A stretch of DNA of 17,074 nt. Source: an uncultured bacterium (GTDB lineage Bacteria; Gemmatimonadota; Gemmatimonadetes; Gemmatimonadales; Gemmatimonadaceae). Every line of letters begins with the position of its first letter. Positions within the stretch are counted from its first letter, which is position 1. Shown here one piece after another: positions 7,003 to 15,555 of this stretch. The translations under genes and the position numbers were made by a program. Under the pieces are notes generated by a model. The model saw nothing but the letters and a program-made list of their open reading frames with translations, had not been told where the DNA came from and did no database searches. The DNA is taken from the NCBI GenBank assembly GCA_963978095.1, contig CAXBQP010000058.1, positions 1-17,074 on the forward strand, written 5' to 3'.

Positions 7003-9525
7003 TCAGCGTCCTCCCGGCGTCAGAGTGAGGGTCGAGCTCAGCGTGCCGCCGCGCAGTTCGGACGCCGTGTGCGGGAACCGCAAGGTGTCGAGCATCCCGC
7101 TCGCCCATTGCGGCAGGCGGTCCGCGTAGCGTCGGCTGACGGGGTTCCCGCTCTGGCCGCCGGGATACGTGCCCCACGCGCGCACCTCGGGACCGAGTTC
7201 GACCACCATGCGCCAACTCGCGCCGTGGGTACCGTCGCCCGCTGAGGGATTCAGCGTCCCTGGGCCGCCTTGGATCGGTATGCGGAGTCGGGAGAGCGCC
7301 GGAAGGCGCAGCAGGTGATGGATGTTGGCGAACCGGTTCCGATCCCACCGCCAGGCCGGGCCCGGCTTGCCCAGCGCTTTGACGACGCGCTCGTACGCGG
7401 CCGCGAGCGCGGCGCGGAGGATCATGTCACGGTCCTCCACGACGTTCGGGGTCGAGCGGTCATCCCACCAGGGATTCTTCGGGTCCTGCAGGAGTTCGGC
7501 GAGCAGCATCGAGTTCGGGGTCGCGACTCGACGCGGGCGGTCCTCGTTGGGGGCGCCGGGCACGGCGAGTTCGTCCCACGTGCGACGAGCGAGTTCGTCC
7601 AGCGCCGCCTCGAACAGCACGGCATGCTCGTTCTCCTTGCTGAAGGTCCGGTCCCAGTTCCGCAGTTCGCGGATCCCCTGCTCGAAGCTCGGGTTGGCGG
7701 GAGAGCCTGCGGCCGAGGCGAGGAAGGCATCGACAAACAGGGCCGTTTGTTCACTGCGCGCATCCGTCTGGAAGCGGCGCATGGCATCCGGCGTGACGGC
7801 GGAGTCGGCGCGGAGCAGGGCATTGATCCGCATCGCGCGCCATGGGGCAGGCCAATCCCATCCGAAGTAACGGCCATCGACTTTGGGATCCTTGGGCTGC
7901 TGATTGGCACTCGCGATGTAACCCTGAGCCGGATCCACGGTTTGCGGGTAATCCGCGATGTTCCACCATCCCTGCCAGTCGTTGGCGCTGCGTGATCCGT
8001 CCACGAGTTCGTTGCCGAGTGCGGCCGTCGCCGGGCGCACCGGGTATTTCGCGGTCGAGCGCAGAGCGATGTGTCCTGCGCGATCCGCCGCCAGGAAGTT
8101 CTGCGCCGGTCCTTGGTAGCCTTCGATCCCCTGCATCAGGGTGGCGACGCTCGTCGACTGATTCGCCTGGCGGAAGGCGTCGAGCGTGTTGCCGATGGAT
8201 GTGTCGAGAATCGTCCACCGGCGTGAGATCCAGCGCCCCCCCGAGTGCACCATCGGTCCGCGGTGCGTGTGATAGATGGTATCCGTAGCCAGCACTTCGC
8301 CCTGCTGCCCGCGCACGGTCTCGACGCGCACCAACAGCGGCTTCCACGCGCCATCGAGTTTGTAGGTGGTGGGGTGTGCCGGATTGTCGACCGTCTCTTC
8401 GTAGTAATCGGCGACGTCGGCGCCGGTGTTGGTCTCCGTCCAGGCCACGTTCCGGTTGAAGCCGATCGGGACGAGTGGAGACCCGATGAAGGTCACGCCG
8501 TACACGTCGAGGGAATCCGGCACCACGAGGTGTGCCTCGTACCAAATGGAGGGGAGTGAAAGCGCCAGGTGCGGGTCGCCGGCGAGCAGCGCATGACCGG
8601 CCGCGGTCCGCGACGGCGCCACCGCCCAGTTGTTGCTCCCCACGGCGATCTCGCCCGCCGCGCGCGGCAGTCCCGCGAACTGCGCGATGGCGCGGTCGAG
8701 CGTCAGCGCCTGCGCCAGTTTTTCGGCGTTCGCAGGCTGCGGCGCCGGGATCCGCTGCCAATCAGCGCGCGCCGCGTGCTGGCCGTTCGGCTGGATCGGC
8801 TCCTGCAGGGGGGCATTTGCCGGAAAGAGGGCGGACGCGGCGGGTTTTCCGATGACCGCCTCCACCTGCGCGCGGCGCAGCTCGCCATCGGAGTACGCGA
8901 GCGTGAGGCCCATTCGCGCGTTGAGGTAAGCGGTGTAGACCGGTTTCCAGGGCTGCGGCGTTGCGCCGAGCAATCGGTATTCGAGCGGGAGATCCCCCGG
9001 GGACATCTGCGCGATGTACGCGTTCACGCCGTCGGCGTACGCCTGGATCGCGCGTGCGGCCGGCGACTGGGGATCGAGCGCCGCGAATGTCTGGTCGGCG
9101 CCCCAGGCGAGTCCCATGGCGCGCGCTTCGCGGTCGAGTTCCTTGGTGCGTGCGCCCGTCAACTCCGCCAGCGTGCCGGCGACGGCGCGCGCTTGCAGCT
9201 CCATCTGGAAGAGCCGGTCGCGCGCGTGCACCCAGCCGAGGGCGCGATACGCGTCGAGGACGTTCGGGGCGAAGATATGCGGGACGCCGCGGTCATCGAA
9301 GCGCACGTCCACCGGGGTGCCCAGCCCGGGGATCGGGTGTGATTCCGATGGCGGAAGCTCCGCCCGGGCCGCGAGCGCCCACGCGCCATGGACAGGATCC
9401 AACAGGCGTCCGAGCGGCGGTACCGGACCCGTGGCGCGCGCCCCAACCCAGAGCAGTCCGACAAGGAGGGCACCGGCAACGAGCGTCGCGAGGGTCGCGG
9501 TGGTGGTGGATCCGCGGCGAGTCAT
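7003..9525 (-). CDS. Penicillin acylase family protein (peptidase S45, Ntn hydrolase)
   Basis: Motifs DDRGVPHIFA, ALGWVHARDRLFQME, GSNNWAV (nucleophile Ser at 8635-8637), LAGDPHL, SANQ and PGGQSGNP; N-terminal TM anchor. Start uncertain (9525, 9540 or 9555); 9525 has GGAG upstream. Confidence 0.93.
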   Translation of the reverse strand: MTRRGSTTTATLATLVAGALLVGLLWVGARATGPVPPLGRLLDPVHGAWALAARAELPPSESHPIPGLGTPVDVRFDDRGVPHIFAPNVLDAYRALGWVHARDRLFQMELQARAVAGTLAELTGARTKELDREARAMGLAWGADQTFAALDPQSPAARAIQAYADGVNAYIAQMSPGDLPLEYRLLGATPQPWKPVYTAYLNARMGLTLAYSDGELRRAQVEAVIGKPAASALFPANAPLQEPIQPNGQHAARADWQRIPAPQPANAEKLAQALTLDRAIAQFAGLPRAAGEIAVGSNNWAVAPSRTAAGHALLAGDPHLALSLPSIWYEAHLVVPDSLDVYGVTFIGSPLVPIGFNRNVAWTETNTGADVADYYEETVDNPAHPTTYKLDGAWKPLLVRVETVRGQQGEVLATDTIYHTHRGPMVHSGGRWISRRWTILDTSIGNTLDAFRQANQSTSVATLMQGIEGYQGPAQNFLAADRAGHIALRSTAKYPVRPATAALGNELVDGSRSANDWQGWWNIADYPQTVDPAQGYIASANQQPKDPKVDGRYFGWDWPAPWRAMRINALLRADSAVTPDAMRRFQTDARSEQTALFVDAFLASAAGSPANPSFEQGIRELRNWDRTFSKENEHAVLFEAALDELARRTWDELAVPGAPNEDRPRRVATPNSMLLAELLQDPKNPWWDDRSTPNVVEDRDMILRAALAAAYERVVKALGKPGPAWRWDRNRFANIHHLLRLPALSRLRIPIQGGPGTLNPSAGDGTHGASWRMVVELGPEVRAWGTYPGGQSGNPVSRRYADRLPQWASGMLDTLRFPHTASELRGGTLSSTLTLTPGGR

Positions 9526-9799
9526 GGGAGAGGGCTCCATGGGGTCAGCGCGCATTCCGTGCGGCGGTGGAGGGGCATGGATTCACCGGTAGCCATTCGG
9601 GGCGGGGGGCGGAAGATTGCGTGGTAAGGTACCGCGCATCTCGCTTCATAAAGTACGACGACTCGTGGGCTTCGCGAGGGGGGGCTTGGGGAACTGCTCT
9701 CTTGACATGATTAGGACTGAAGCCGAGCGGTAAGTTGTTCAAAATCCACGGGTTCCGCGAGTCGGCCGCCGTTGTCTGGTGACTACGGGATTCTACGCA

Positions 9800-9828
9800 T
9801 TGCGCTCGGGACGACTTGGTCTTACAAT
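9800..9828 (+). promoter_or_regulatory. Putative sigma70 promoter for susC/susD
   Basis: TTGCGC (9800-9805), 17-bp spacer, TACAAT (9823-9828), in a relatively AT-rich intergenic region. Confidence 0.6.
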
Positions 9829-9832
9829 AGCG

Positions 9833-9848
9833 ATGTTATCGGTACCAT
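9833..9848. promoter_or_regulatory. Operator-like imperfect palindrome (LacI-family style)
   Basis: ATGTTATCGGTACCAT: 12 of 16 positions symmetric around a central CG, overlapping the predicted transcription start. Confidence 0.45.
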
Positions 9849-9943
9849 TTCGTTACTCCCCCCCATACTCACCGCACGGTCAGTGTGCAGCGCGCGCGTG
9901 GATTCCCCACGTCCGCTCACCGTGCCCAGCAGGGAGTCAGTGC

Positions 9944-12900
9944 ATGGATGTCAGAGCGAGTTGGAGCCGCATGCGCGCGATGGTGACGACGGTGGTGGCC
10001 CTCGCGGCCACGGCGTCGATCGCGTTCGCGCAAGGCGGCACGGGTACGATCACCGGCCGCGTGCAGGACAGCGTGACGAAGGCCCCGATTGGCGATGCAC
10101 GGGTCGTCGTGATCTCGGCGTCGAACGCCTATGCCAGCACGAACGCCGAGGGCCGCTACACCCTCAAGGTGCCGGCGGGCAAGTCGGACCTGCGCGTGTT
10201 GCGCGTGGGCTACGGCGAGCAGAAGTTCTCGGTGACGGTCGCGGCGGGCCAGACGGTGACCCGCGATATCTCCCTCACGGAGTCGGTGGTGAAGCTGCAG
10301 CAAGTCGTGACGACCGCGACCGGTGAGCAGCGCCGCGTGGAGCTCGGCAACGCGGTCGCGACGCTCGACGTGGCGGCGCGTGTGGCCGAAGCCCCGGTGA
10401 AGAACATCGGCGACCTCCTGGCGGCCAAGAACCCCGGCGTCCAGGTGCTTCCGGCGAACATGACCGGCGGCGGCAGCCGTGTGCGTATCCGCGGCACCAA
10501 CTCGTTCACGCTCAGCAACGACCCGATCTATGTGATCGACGGCGTGCGCATGACGTCGGGCAACGGCGCCGCGATCGGCGTCGGCGGCACGACGCAGAAT
10601 CGTGCCAACGACCTGAGCCCGGAAGAAATCGAGAACATCGAAATCGTGAAGGGCCCCTCGGCCGCCACGCTCTACGGCACCGACGCGTCCAACGGTGTGA
10701 TCGTGATCACCACCAAGCGTGGCCGCGCGGGTTCGGCGCGTTGGACGGTGTTCGCGGAGCACGGCCAGATCCGTGACCGCAACGACTATCCGAGCACCTA
10801 CGCGATCTTCGGCAAGCTCACCGGCGCCACGACGGAAACCAAGTGCAAGCTCACGCAGCTCGCGCTCGGCACCTGCACCGTGGACAGCACCACGAGCCTC
10901 AACCTGTTCAGCAACCAGGATCTCACCCCGCTCAAGCTCGGCGCCCGCGACAACTACGGTGCGCAGCTCTCGGGTGGTACGGAATCGGTCCGGTACTTCA
11001 TGAGCTTCGGTGTCCAGAAGGAAACCGGTCCGTTCGGCACGCCGGCGTTCGACCAGCGCCGTCTGGACTCGCTCAAGATCCTCAACAAGGGCGAGTGGAT
11101 CCGCCCGAACGCGCTCGGTCAGGCATCGTTCCGCGCGAACGTCAACGCGGCCGTGACGCCGAAGCTCGATCTGTCCGCCTCGCTCGGCTTCACGCGCAAT
11201 GATACGCGCTTGCCGCAGGTCGACAACAACGTCAACAGCATCTGGTACAACGGCATGACGGGCCCGGGCTTCACGGGCGTGCTGCCGGGTGTGGTCACGA
11301 ACGTGGGGTCGACCGGCACCGCGCTGAATGGGTGGGCGGGGTACACCCCGGGCGAAACGTTCCAGCAGGTCACGACGCAGAACGTCCAGCGCTTCATCGG
11401 CAGCTTCCAGGCCAACTGGCGTCCGCTCGATTGGTTCCAGGGGCGCAGCGATCTCGGTTACGATCTGACCGACCGTATCGACTTCAACATCTGCATGTTC
11501 GCCACCTGCAACAACTTCGGCACCAACCGCCTCGGCTTCGCGACCGATGCGCGCACGAACATCCGCAACTTCACCTGGAACACGAGCGGGACGATCAACG
11601 TCAACCCGCGTCCGTGGCTGAACAGCAAGACCACGTTCGGCATCCAGTACGTGAACTTCCTGAGCCAGCGCGTCACGGCGCGCGGCGCGACGCTGCCCCC
11701 GGGCGCGCAGACGCCGGCCGATGGCACCACGCCGTCGATCACCAACTCGACCGTGCCGCAGAACACGCTTGGCGCTTTCATTGAAGAGTCGGCGGCCATC
11801 AACGATCGCCTCTGGCTGACCGCGGCGATTCGTACTGACCAGAACAGCGCCTTCGGTACGAATTTCCAGCGCGTGTATTATCCGAAGTTCTCCGTCTCGT
11901 GGGTGATGACCGACGAGCGGTGGTTCCCGAAGTATCGCTTCCTCGACGAGCTCCGCTTCCGTTCGGCGTTCGGCTCCTCGGGTGCCCAGCCGGGTCCGAC
12001 GGACGCACTGCGCACCTTCGGCACGGCGACGACGTCGATCGCCGGCACCGATATCGCCGGCCTCCGCTCCAGCCTTCCGGGCAACGCGGACATCCGCCCC
12101 GAGCGGACGACGGAGTTCGAAGCGGGCTTCGACATCAAGATGCTGAAGCAGCGCTTGAACCTCGAGCTCACGTACTACAACAAGCGCACGCAGGACGCGC
12201 TCTTTAACCTGACGATCGCGCCGTCGGCCGGTACGGCGGCGTCGGCGGTCCGCTCCAACCTCGGCGGTGTGCAGAACACCGGCGTCGAAGCGCTCATCAA
12301 TGCGCAGGTCTTTGACTCGCGCGTCGTCAGCGTGGACATGACCTTCAGCGCCACGCACAACAGCAACAAGCTCATCTCGCTCGGCTTCGATCCGGGCGGG
12401 CGTCCGATCCCGATCGTCGGCCTGAACACGACGGTGCAGCAGGTGCCGGGCTATCCGCTCAACGGGTACTGGGGCCGCCCGTACACCTACGCCGACGCGG
12501 ACGGGAACAAGTACCTGTCGCCGGCCGAAGTCACGGTCGACACCATCTGGCGTTTCCGCGGCTATTCGCAGCCGCGTGACGAGTTCGCCCTCACGACGGG
12601 CATCGATCTCTTCCGCCGTCGCGTGCGCTTCAACATCCTCGTCGACGGCAAGGGCGGGTCGAATCTCTTCAACAACGAGACCGGCTTCCTCTGCCCGAAC
12701 ACGGCGTCCTGCGCGTTCAACGCGAACACGAACGCCTCGCTCGGTGATCAGGCGCGCGCCGTCGCCACGACGGACAAGGGAACGCTCAACACCGCGTGGG
12801 GCTTCATCGAGCCGTTGCAGTTCTGGCGCCTCCGTGAGCTCGGCATGACGTACAACTTCGAGGAGAAGATGGCGTCGAAGCTGTTCGGCGGCGCGCGTGG

Positions 12901-13057
12901 CGCCTCGATCAACCTGGCGGTGCGCAACGTGAAGGTCTGGACGGGCTACACCGCCGTGGATCCGGAAGCGAACTACGGTGAGAGCAACACGCAGTCGACG
13001 TTGCTCACGGCGGGTCCGCCGACGTATTTCCAGTTCCGCATCAACATCAACTACTAA
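9944..13057 (+). CDS. SusC/RagA-family TonB-linked outer membrane transporter
   Basis: ATG at 9944 with AGGGAG RBS; signal peptide ending AFA|Q; N-terminal extension domain (GTITGRV...TNAEGRY); signatures RIRGTNS, PIYVIDGV and IENIEIVKGPSAATLYGTDASNGVIVITTKRG; aromatic C-terminus. Confidence 0.95.
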   Translation: MDVRASWSRMRAMVTTVVALAATASIAFAQGGTGTITGRVQDSVTKAPIGDARVVVISASNAYASTNAEGRYTLKVPAGKSDLRVLRVGYGEQKFSVTVAAGQTVTRDISLTESVVKLQQVVTTATGEQRRVELGNAVATLDVAARVAEAPVKNIGDLLAAKNPGVQVLPANMTGGGSRVRIRGTNSFTLSNDPIYVIDGVRMTSGNGAAIGVGGTTQNRANDLSPEEIENIEIVKGPSAATLYGTDASNGVIVITTKRGRAGSARWTVFAEHGQIRDRNDYPSTYAIFGKLTGATTETKCKLTQLALGTCTVDSTTSLNLFSNQDLTPLKLGARDNYGAQLSGGTESVRYFMSFGVQKETGPFGTPAFDQRRLDSLKILNKGEWIRPNALGQASFRANVNAAVTPKLDLSASLGFTRNDTRLPQVDNNVNSIWYNGMTGPGFTGVLPGVVTNVGSTGTALNGWAGYTPGETFQQVTTQNVQRFIGSFQANWRPLDWFQGRSDLGYDLTDRIDFNICMFATCNNFGTNRLGFATDARTNIRNFTWNTSGTINVNPRPWLNSKTTFGIQYVNFLSQRVTARGATLPPGAQTPADGTTPSITNSTVPQNTLGAFIEESAAINDRLWLTAAIRTDQNSAFGTNFQRVYYPKFSVSWVMTDERWFPKYRFLDELRFRSAFGSSGAQPGPTDALRTFGTATTSIAGTDIAGLRSSLPGNADIRPERTTEFEAGFDIKMLKQRLNLELTYYNKRTQDALFNLTIAPSAGTAASAVRSNLGGVQNTGVEALINAQVFDSRVVSVDMTFSATHNSNKLISLGFDPGGRPIPIVGLNTTVQQVPGYPLNGYWGRPYTYADADGNKYLSPAEVTVDTIWRFRGYSQPRDEFALTTGIDLFRRRVRFNILVDGKGGSNLFNNETGFLCPNTASCAFNANTNASLGDQARAVATTDKGTLNTAWGFIEPLQFWRLRELGMTYNFEEKMASKLFGGARGASINLAVRNVKVWTGYTAVDPEANYGESNTQSTLLTAGPPTYFQFRININY

Positions 13058-13073
13058 CCCAGGACCGACTCTC

Positions 13074-14474
13074 ATGACGACCATCAGCAAGCGCGCCGTG
13101 CGCGCGACCTGGGCCGCTATGGCTCTCGCGCTTGGGGCCTGCGACTCGACACAGAAGCAGCTGCTCAATGTCACGCTGCCCGACATCATCCCGTCGACGG
13201 TCAGCTCCGTCGAACAGGCCGAGGCGCTGCGCATCGGCGCGCTCAGCCGCGTGCGCAACATCACGGCGGGTGGTGAGGGGGCGTGGATGCTCGGCGGACT
13301 CCTGACCGACGAATGGAAGTCCAGCGACACCTTCTCCCAGCGCAACGAGACCGACCAGCGCTCGGTGCAGGAAAGCAACGCGAACGTGCAGTCGATGCTC
13401 CGCGAGATCTATCGTGTGCGCAACAGCTCGCAGGAAGCGCTGATCGCGCTCGCCGCCTATCCGCCGGTGAGCACGCAGCAGTACAAGATCGGCACCATGT
13501 ACCTCGCCGAGGCGATCGCGGAGATCGAACTCGCCGAGACCTTCTGCAACGGCATCCCGCTGTCGGATGCCGCGCACGGAGCGATCGTGTACGGCCAGCC
13601 GTCGAGCAACACCGACCTGTACAACCTGGCCAAGGCGCACCTCGACACGGCGATCGCCAATGCGTTGCCGGCGACGGACGCGAACGCGGTTTCGCTCAAG
13701 ACCACGTCGCAGATCCTGCAGGCGCGCGTGTTGGTCAACCTCGGTCAGCACGCGACCGCGGCGACGTTGGTGTCGACCGTGGCCGACGCGTACTCCGACC
13801 AGGTCATGACGTACTCGCTGACCTCCGGCGACAACCAGATCTGGGCGCTGAACACCAGTGCCAAGCGCTGGACCGTTGGTGACAGCATGGACGCCAGCGG
13901 CGTGATCGGCAACGCGATTCCGTTTGCGTCGTCCGGCGACCCGCGTCTGAAGATCACCGGCTCGACGCTCGGGACGAGCGCTGCCGGCAAGGGGTTCGAC
14001 GGCTCGACCAACTTCATCACCAACAATCTGTGGGCGCGCAGCGACGCGGCGATCATCGCCTCGGGACTCGACGCCCGCTTGATCCAAGCGGAAGCGAAGT
14101 TGAAGGCCGCGGACTATCCGGGGATGATGACGATCCTCAACGCGCTGCGGACGGCACCGCCGAAGCTGACGGCGACGAACGTGACGACCGCGTTCACTCC
14201 GCCCGCGATGGCGGCGATCGCCACCACGCCGACGACGGCCACGGATGCTGCCAAGCTGTTCTTCCGTGAGAAGGCGTTCTGGACGTTCGGCCGCGGCCAG
14301 CGCTTGGGCGACCTTCGCCGCATGATCCGTCAGTACGGCTTCACTCAGGACCAGGTGTTCCCGACGGGCACCTTCTTCAAGGGTGGGACGTACGGTACGG
14401 ACGTGAACTTCCCGATCACGACGGACGAGTACAACAACCCGAACTACAAGGGTTGCACCGACCGCAAGGCGTAA
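13074..14474 (+). CDS. SusD/RagB-family outer membrane lipoprotein
   Basis: ATG 16 nt after the susC stop with AGGA RBS; lipobox LALGA|C; C-terminal motifs ARLIQAEA, LNALR and FGRGQRLGDLRR...NNPN. Confidence 0.9.
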   Translation: MTTISKRAVRATWAAMALALGACDSTQKQLLNVTLPDIIPSTVSSVEQAEALRIGALSRVRNITAGGEGAWMLGGLLTDEWKSSDTFSQRNETDQRSVQESNANVQSMLREIYRVRNSSQEALIALAAYPPVSTQQYKIGTMYLAEAIAEIELAETFCNGIPLSDAAHGAIVYGQPSSNTDLYNLAKAHLDTAIANALPATDANAVSLKTTSQILQARVLVNLGQHATAATLVSTVADAYSDQVMTYSLTSGDNQIWALNTSAKRWTVGDSMDASGVIGNAIPFASSGDPRLKITGSTLGTSAAGKGFDGSTNFITNNLWARSDAAIIASGLDARLIQAEAKLKAADYPGMMTILNALRTAPPKLTATNVTTAFTPPAMAAIATTPTTATDAAKLFFREKAFWTFGRGQRLGDLRRMIRQYGFTQDQVFPTGTFFKGGTYGTDVNFPITTDEYNNPNYKGCTDRKA

Positions 14475-14494
14475 TCGGCGGTTCGGCATCATGA

Positions 14495-14541
14495 CGATGG
14501 GCCCGGGTCGCGGTTGCGATCCGGGCCCATCGCCTTTTATT
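14495..14541 (+). terminator. Intrinsic terminator after susD
   Basis: 17-bp stem CGATGGGCCCGGGTCGC / GCGATCCGGGCCCATCG (one G-U pair), GGTT loop, then CCTTTTATT. Confidence 0.85.
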
Positions 14542-14548
14542 CAGGGAT

Positions 14549-15493
14549 ATGCGAACACTGCGTTGTGTGATTGGCGGGGTGACCTTGCTGGGGAGTGTGG
14601 GCGTTGGGGCGCAGCGGCCCGCAGCCCGTCCGGCGGCGAACACCGCGAATATCCCCCAGCCCCCGCGCGCGGAGCTGGTCCTACTCGGGACCGGAATGCC
14701 ACGGCCGAATCCGGACGCCTCGGCGCCGGCCACGGCGGTGGTCGTGGGCGAACGCCTTTTTCTGTTCGACGCCGGGGCCGGCGTCATGCGGCAACTCGCG
14801 GCTGCCCGACTGCCGATCACAGGGGCGACGGCGCTCTTTCTCACCCACCTGCACTCCGATCACACGCTCGGATTGCCCGACCTGATCTTCACCAGCTGGG
14901 TGATGGGGCGTCAACGGCCCATGGCGGTCTATGGACCGCAGGGGACGCGCACCATGACCGACCACATCACCGCCGCGTGGGGGGAGGATATCGCGATCCG
15001 CACCGAGGGGCTGGAGCGGGAGGTCGCGGGAGGGTGGAAGGTGGATATCCGAGAGATCGCGGCCGGCATAGTGTACGATAGTGGCGGCGTGCGGGTGACC
15101 GCCATTCGCGTCGATCACGGCGACTGGAAGGAGGCCTATGGCTACCGAATCGACGCCGGCGGGCGCAGTTTCGTGATCTCCGGGGATACGCGCCCCAGCG
15201 CCGCGTTGCAGGCCGCCGCCCGCGGGGCGGACATCCTGGTGCACGAAGCGTATCCCGAGCGTCGGCTCGCCCCAGAGAACCGTCCCGGGGGGGAGAATTG
15301 GCCCGCCTACATGCGGGCCTTCCACACCTCGGATGTCGAGGTCGGGGCGCTCGCGGCGGCCGCCGGGGTCAAGCAGGTCGTGCTCCAGCATCTGGTCCGG
15401 ATGAACGGGACCGATGCCGAGCTCGTGGCCGGCGTGCGGCGGGGGGGCTACACCGGCCCGGTGGCGATCGGCAAGGACCTCCAGCGCTTCTAG
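14549..15493 (+). CDS. MBL-fold metallo-hydrolase, RNase Z/AtsA-like, with probable signal peptide
   Basis: Motifs LLGTGMP, FDAGAG, THLHSDH (HxHxDH), SGDT, LVHEA and HTS; hydrophobic N-terminus ending VGA|Q. Confidence 0.88.
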   Translation: MRTLRCVIGGVTLLGSVGVGAQRPAARPAANTANIPQPPRAELVLLGTGMPRPNPDASAPATAVVVGERLFLFDAGAGVMRQLAAARLPITGATALFLTHLHSDHTLGLPDLIFTSWVMGRQRPMAVYGPQGTRTMTDHITAAWGEDIAIRTEGLEREVAGGWKVDIREIAAGIVYDSGGVRVTAIRVDHGDWKEAYGYRIDAGGRSFVISGDTRPSAALQAAARGADILVHEAYPERRLAPENRPGGENWPAYMRAFHTSDVEVGALAAAAGVKQVVLQHLVRMNGTDAELVAGVRRGGYTGPVAIGKDLQRF

Positions 15494-15555
15494 CCCCAGC
15501 AGGCGCGGTGCCGGCCGCGTAATTTGGGGAACGCACACCCCCACCGGAGCACTGG

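Noticed and set aside
9702..9736. Perfect TTGACA -35 hexamer
   Set aside because: No -10-like hexamer at 16-18 bp spacing (TAAGTT is 23 bp away), so not called as a promoter.
9545..9742. 65-aa minus-strand ORF upstream of the acylase
   Set aside because: Non-ATG start, no motif or clear RBS, and located in the divergent promoter region.
9917..14492. Very long antisense ORFs (1153 aa at 9917..13378 and 481 aa at 13047..14492)
   Set aside because: Shadows of susC and susD caused by strong codon bias in high-GC DNA; Arg/Val/Ala-rich with no recognisable motifs.
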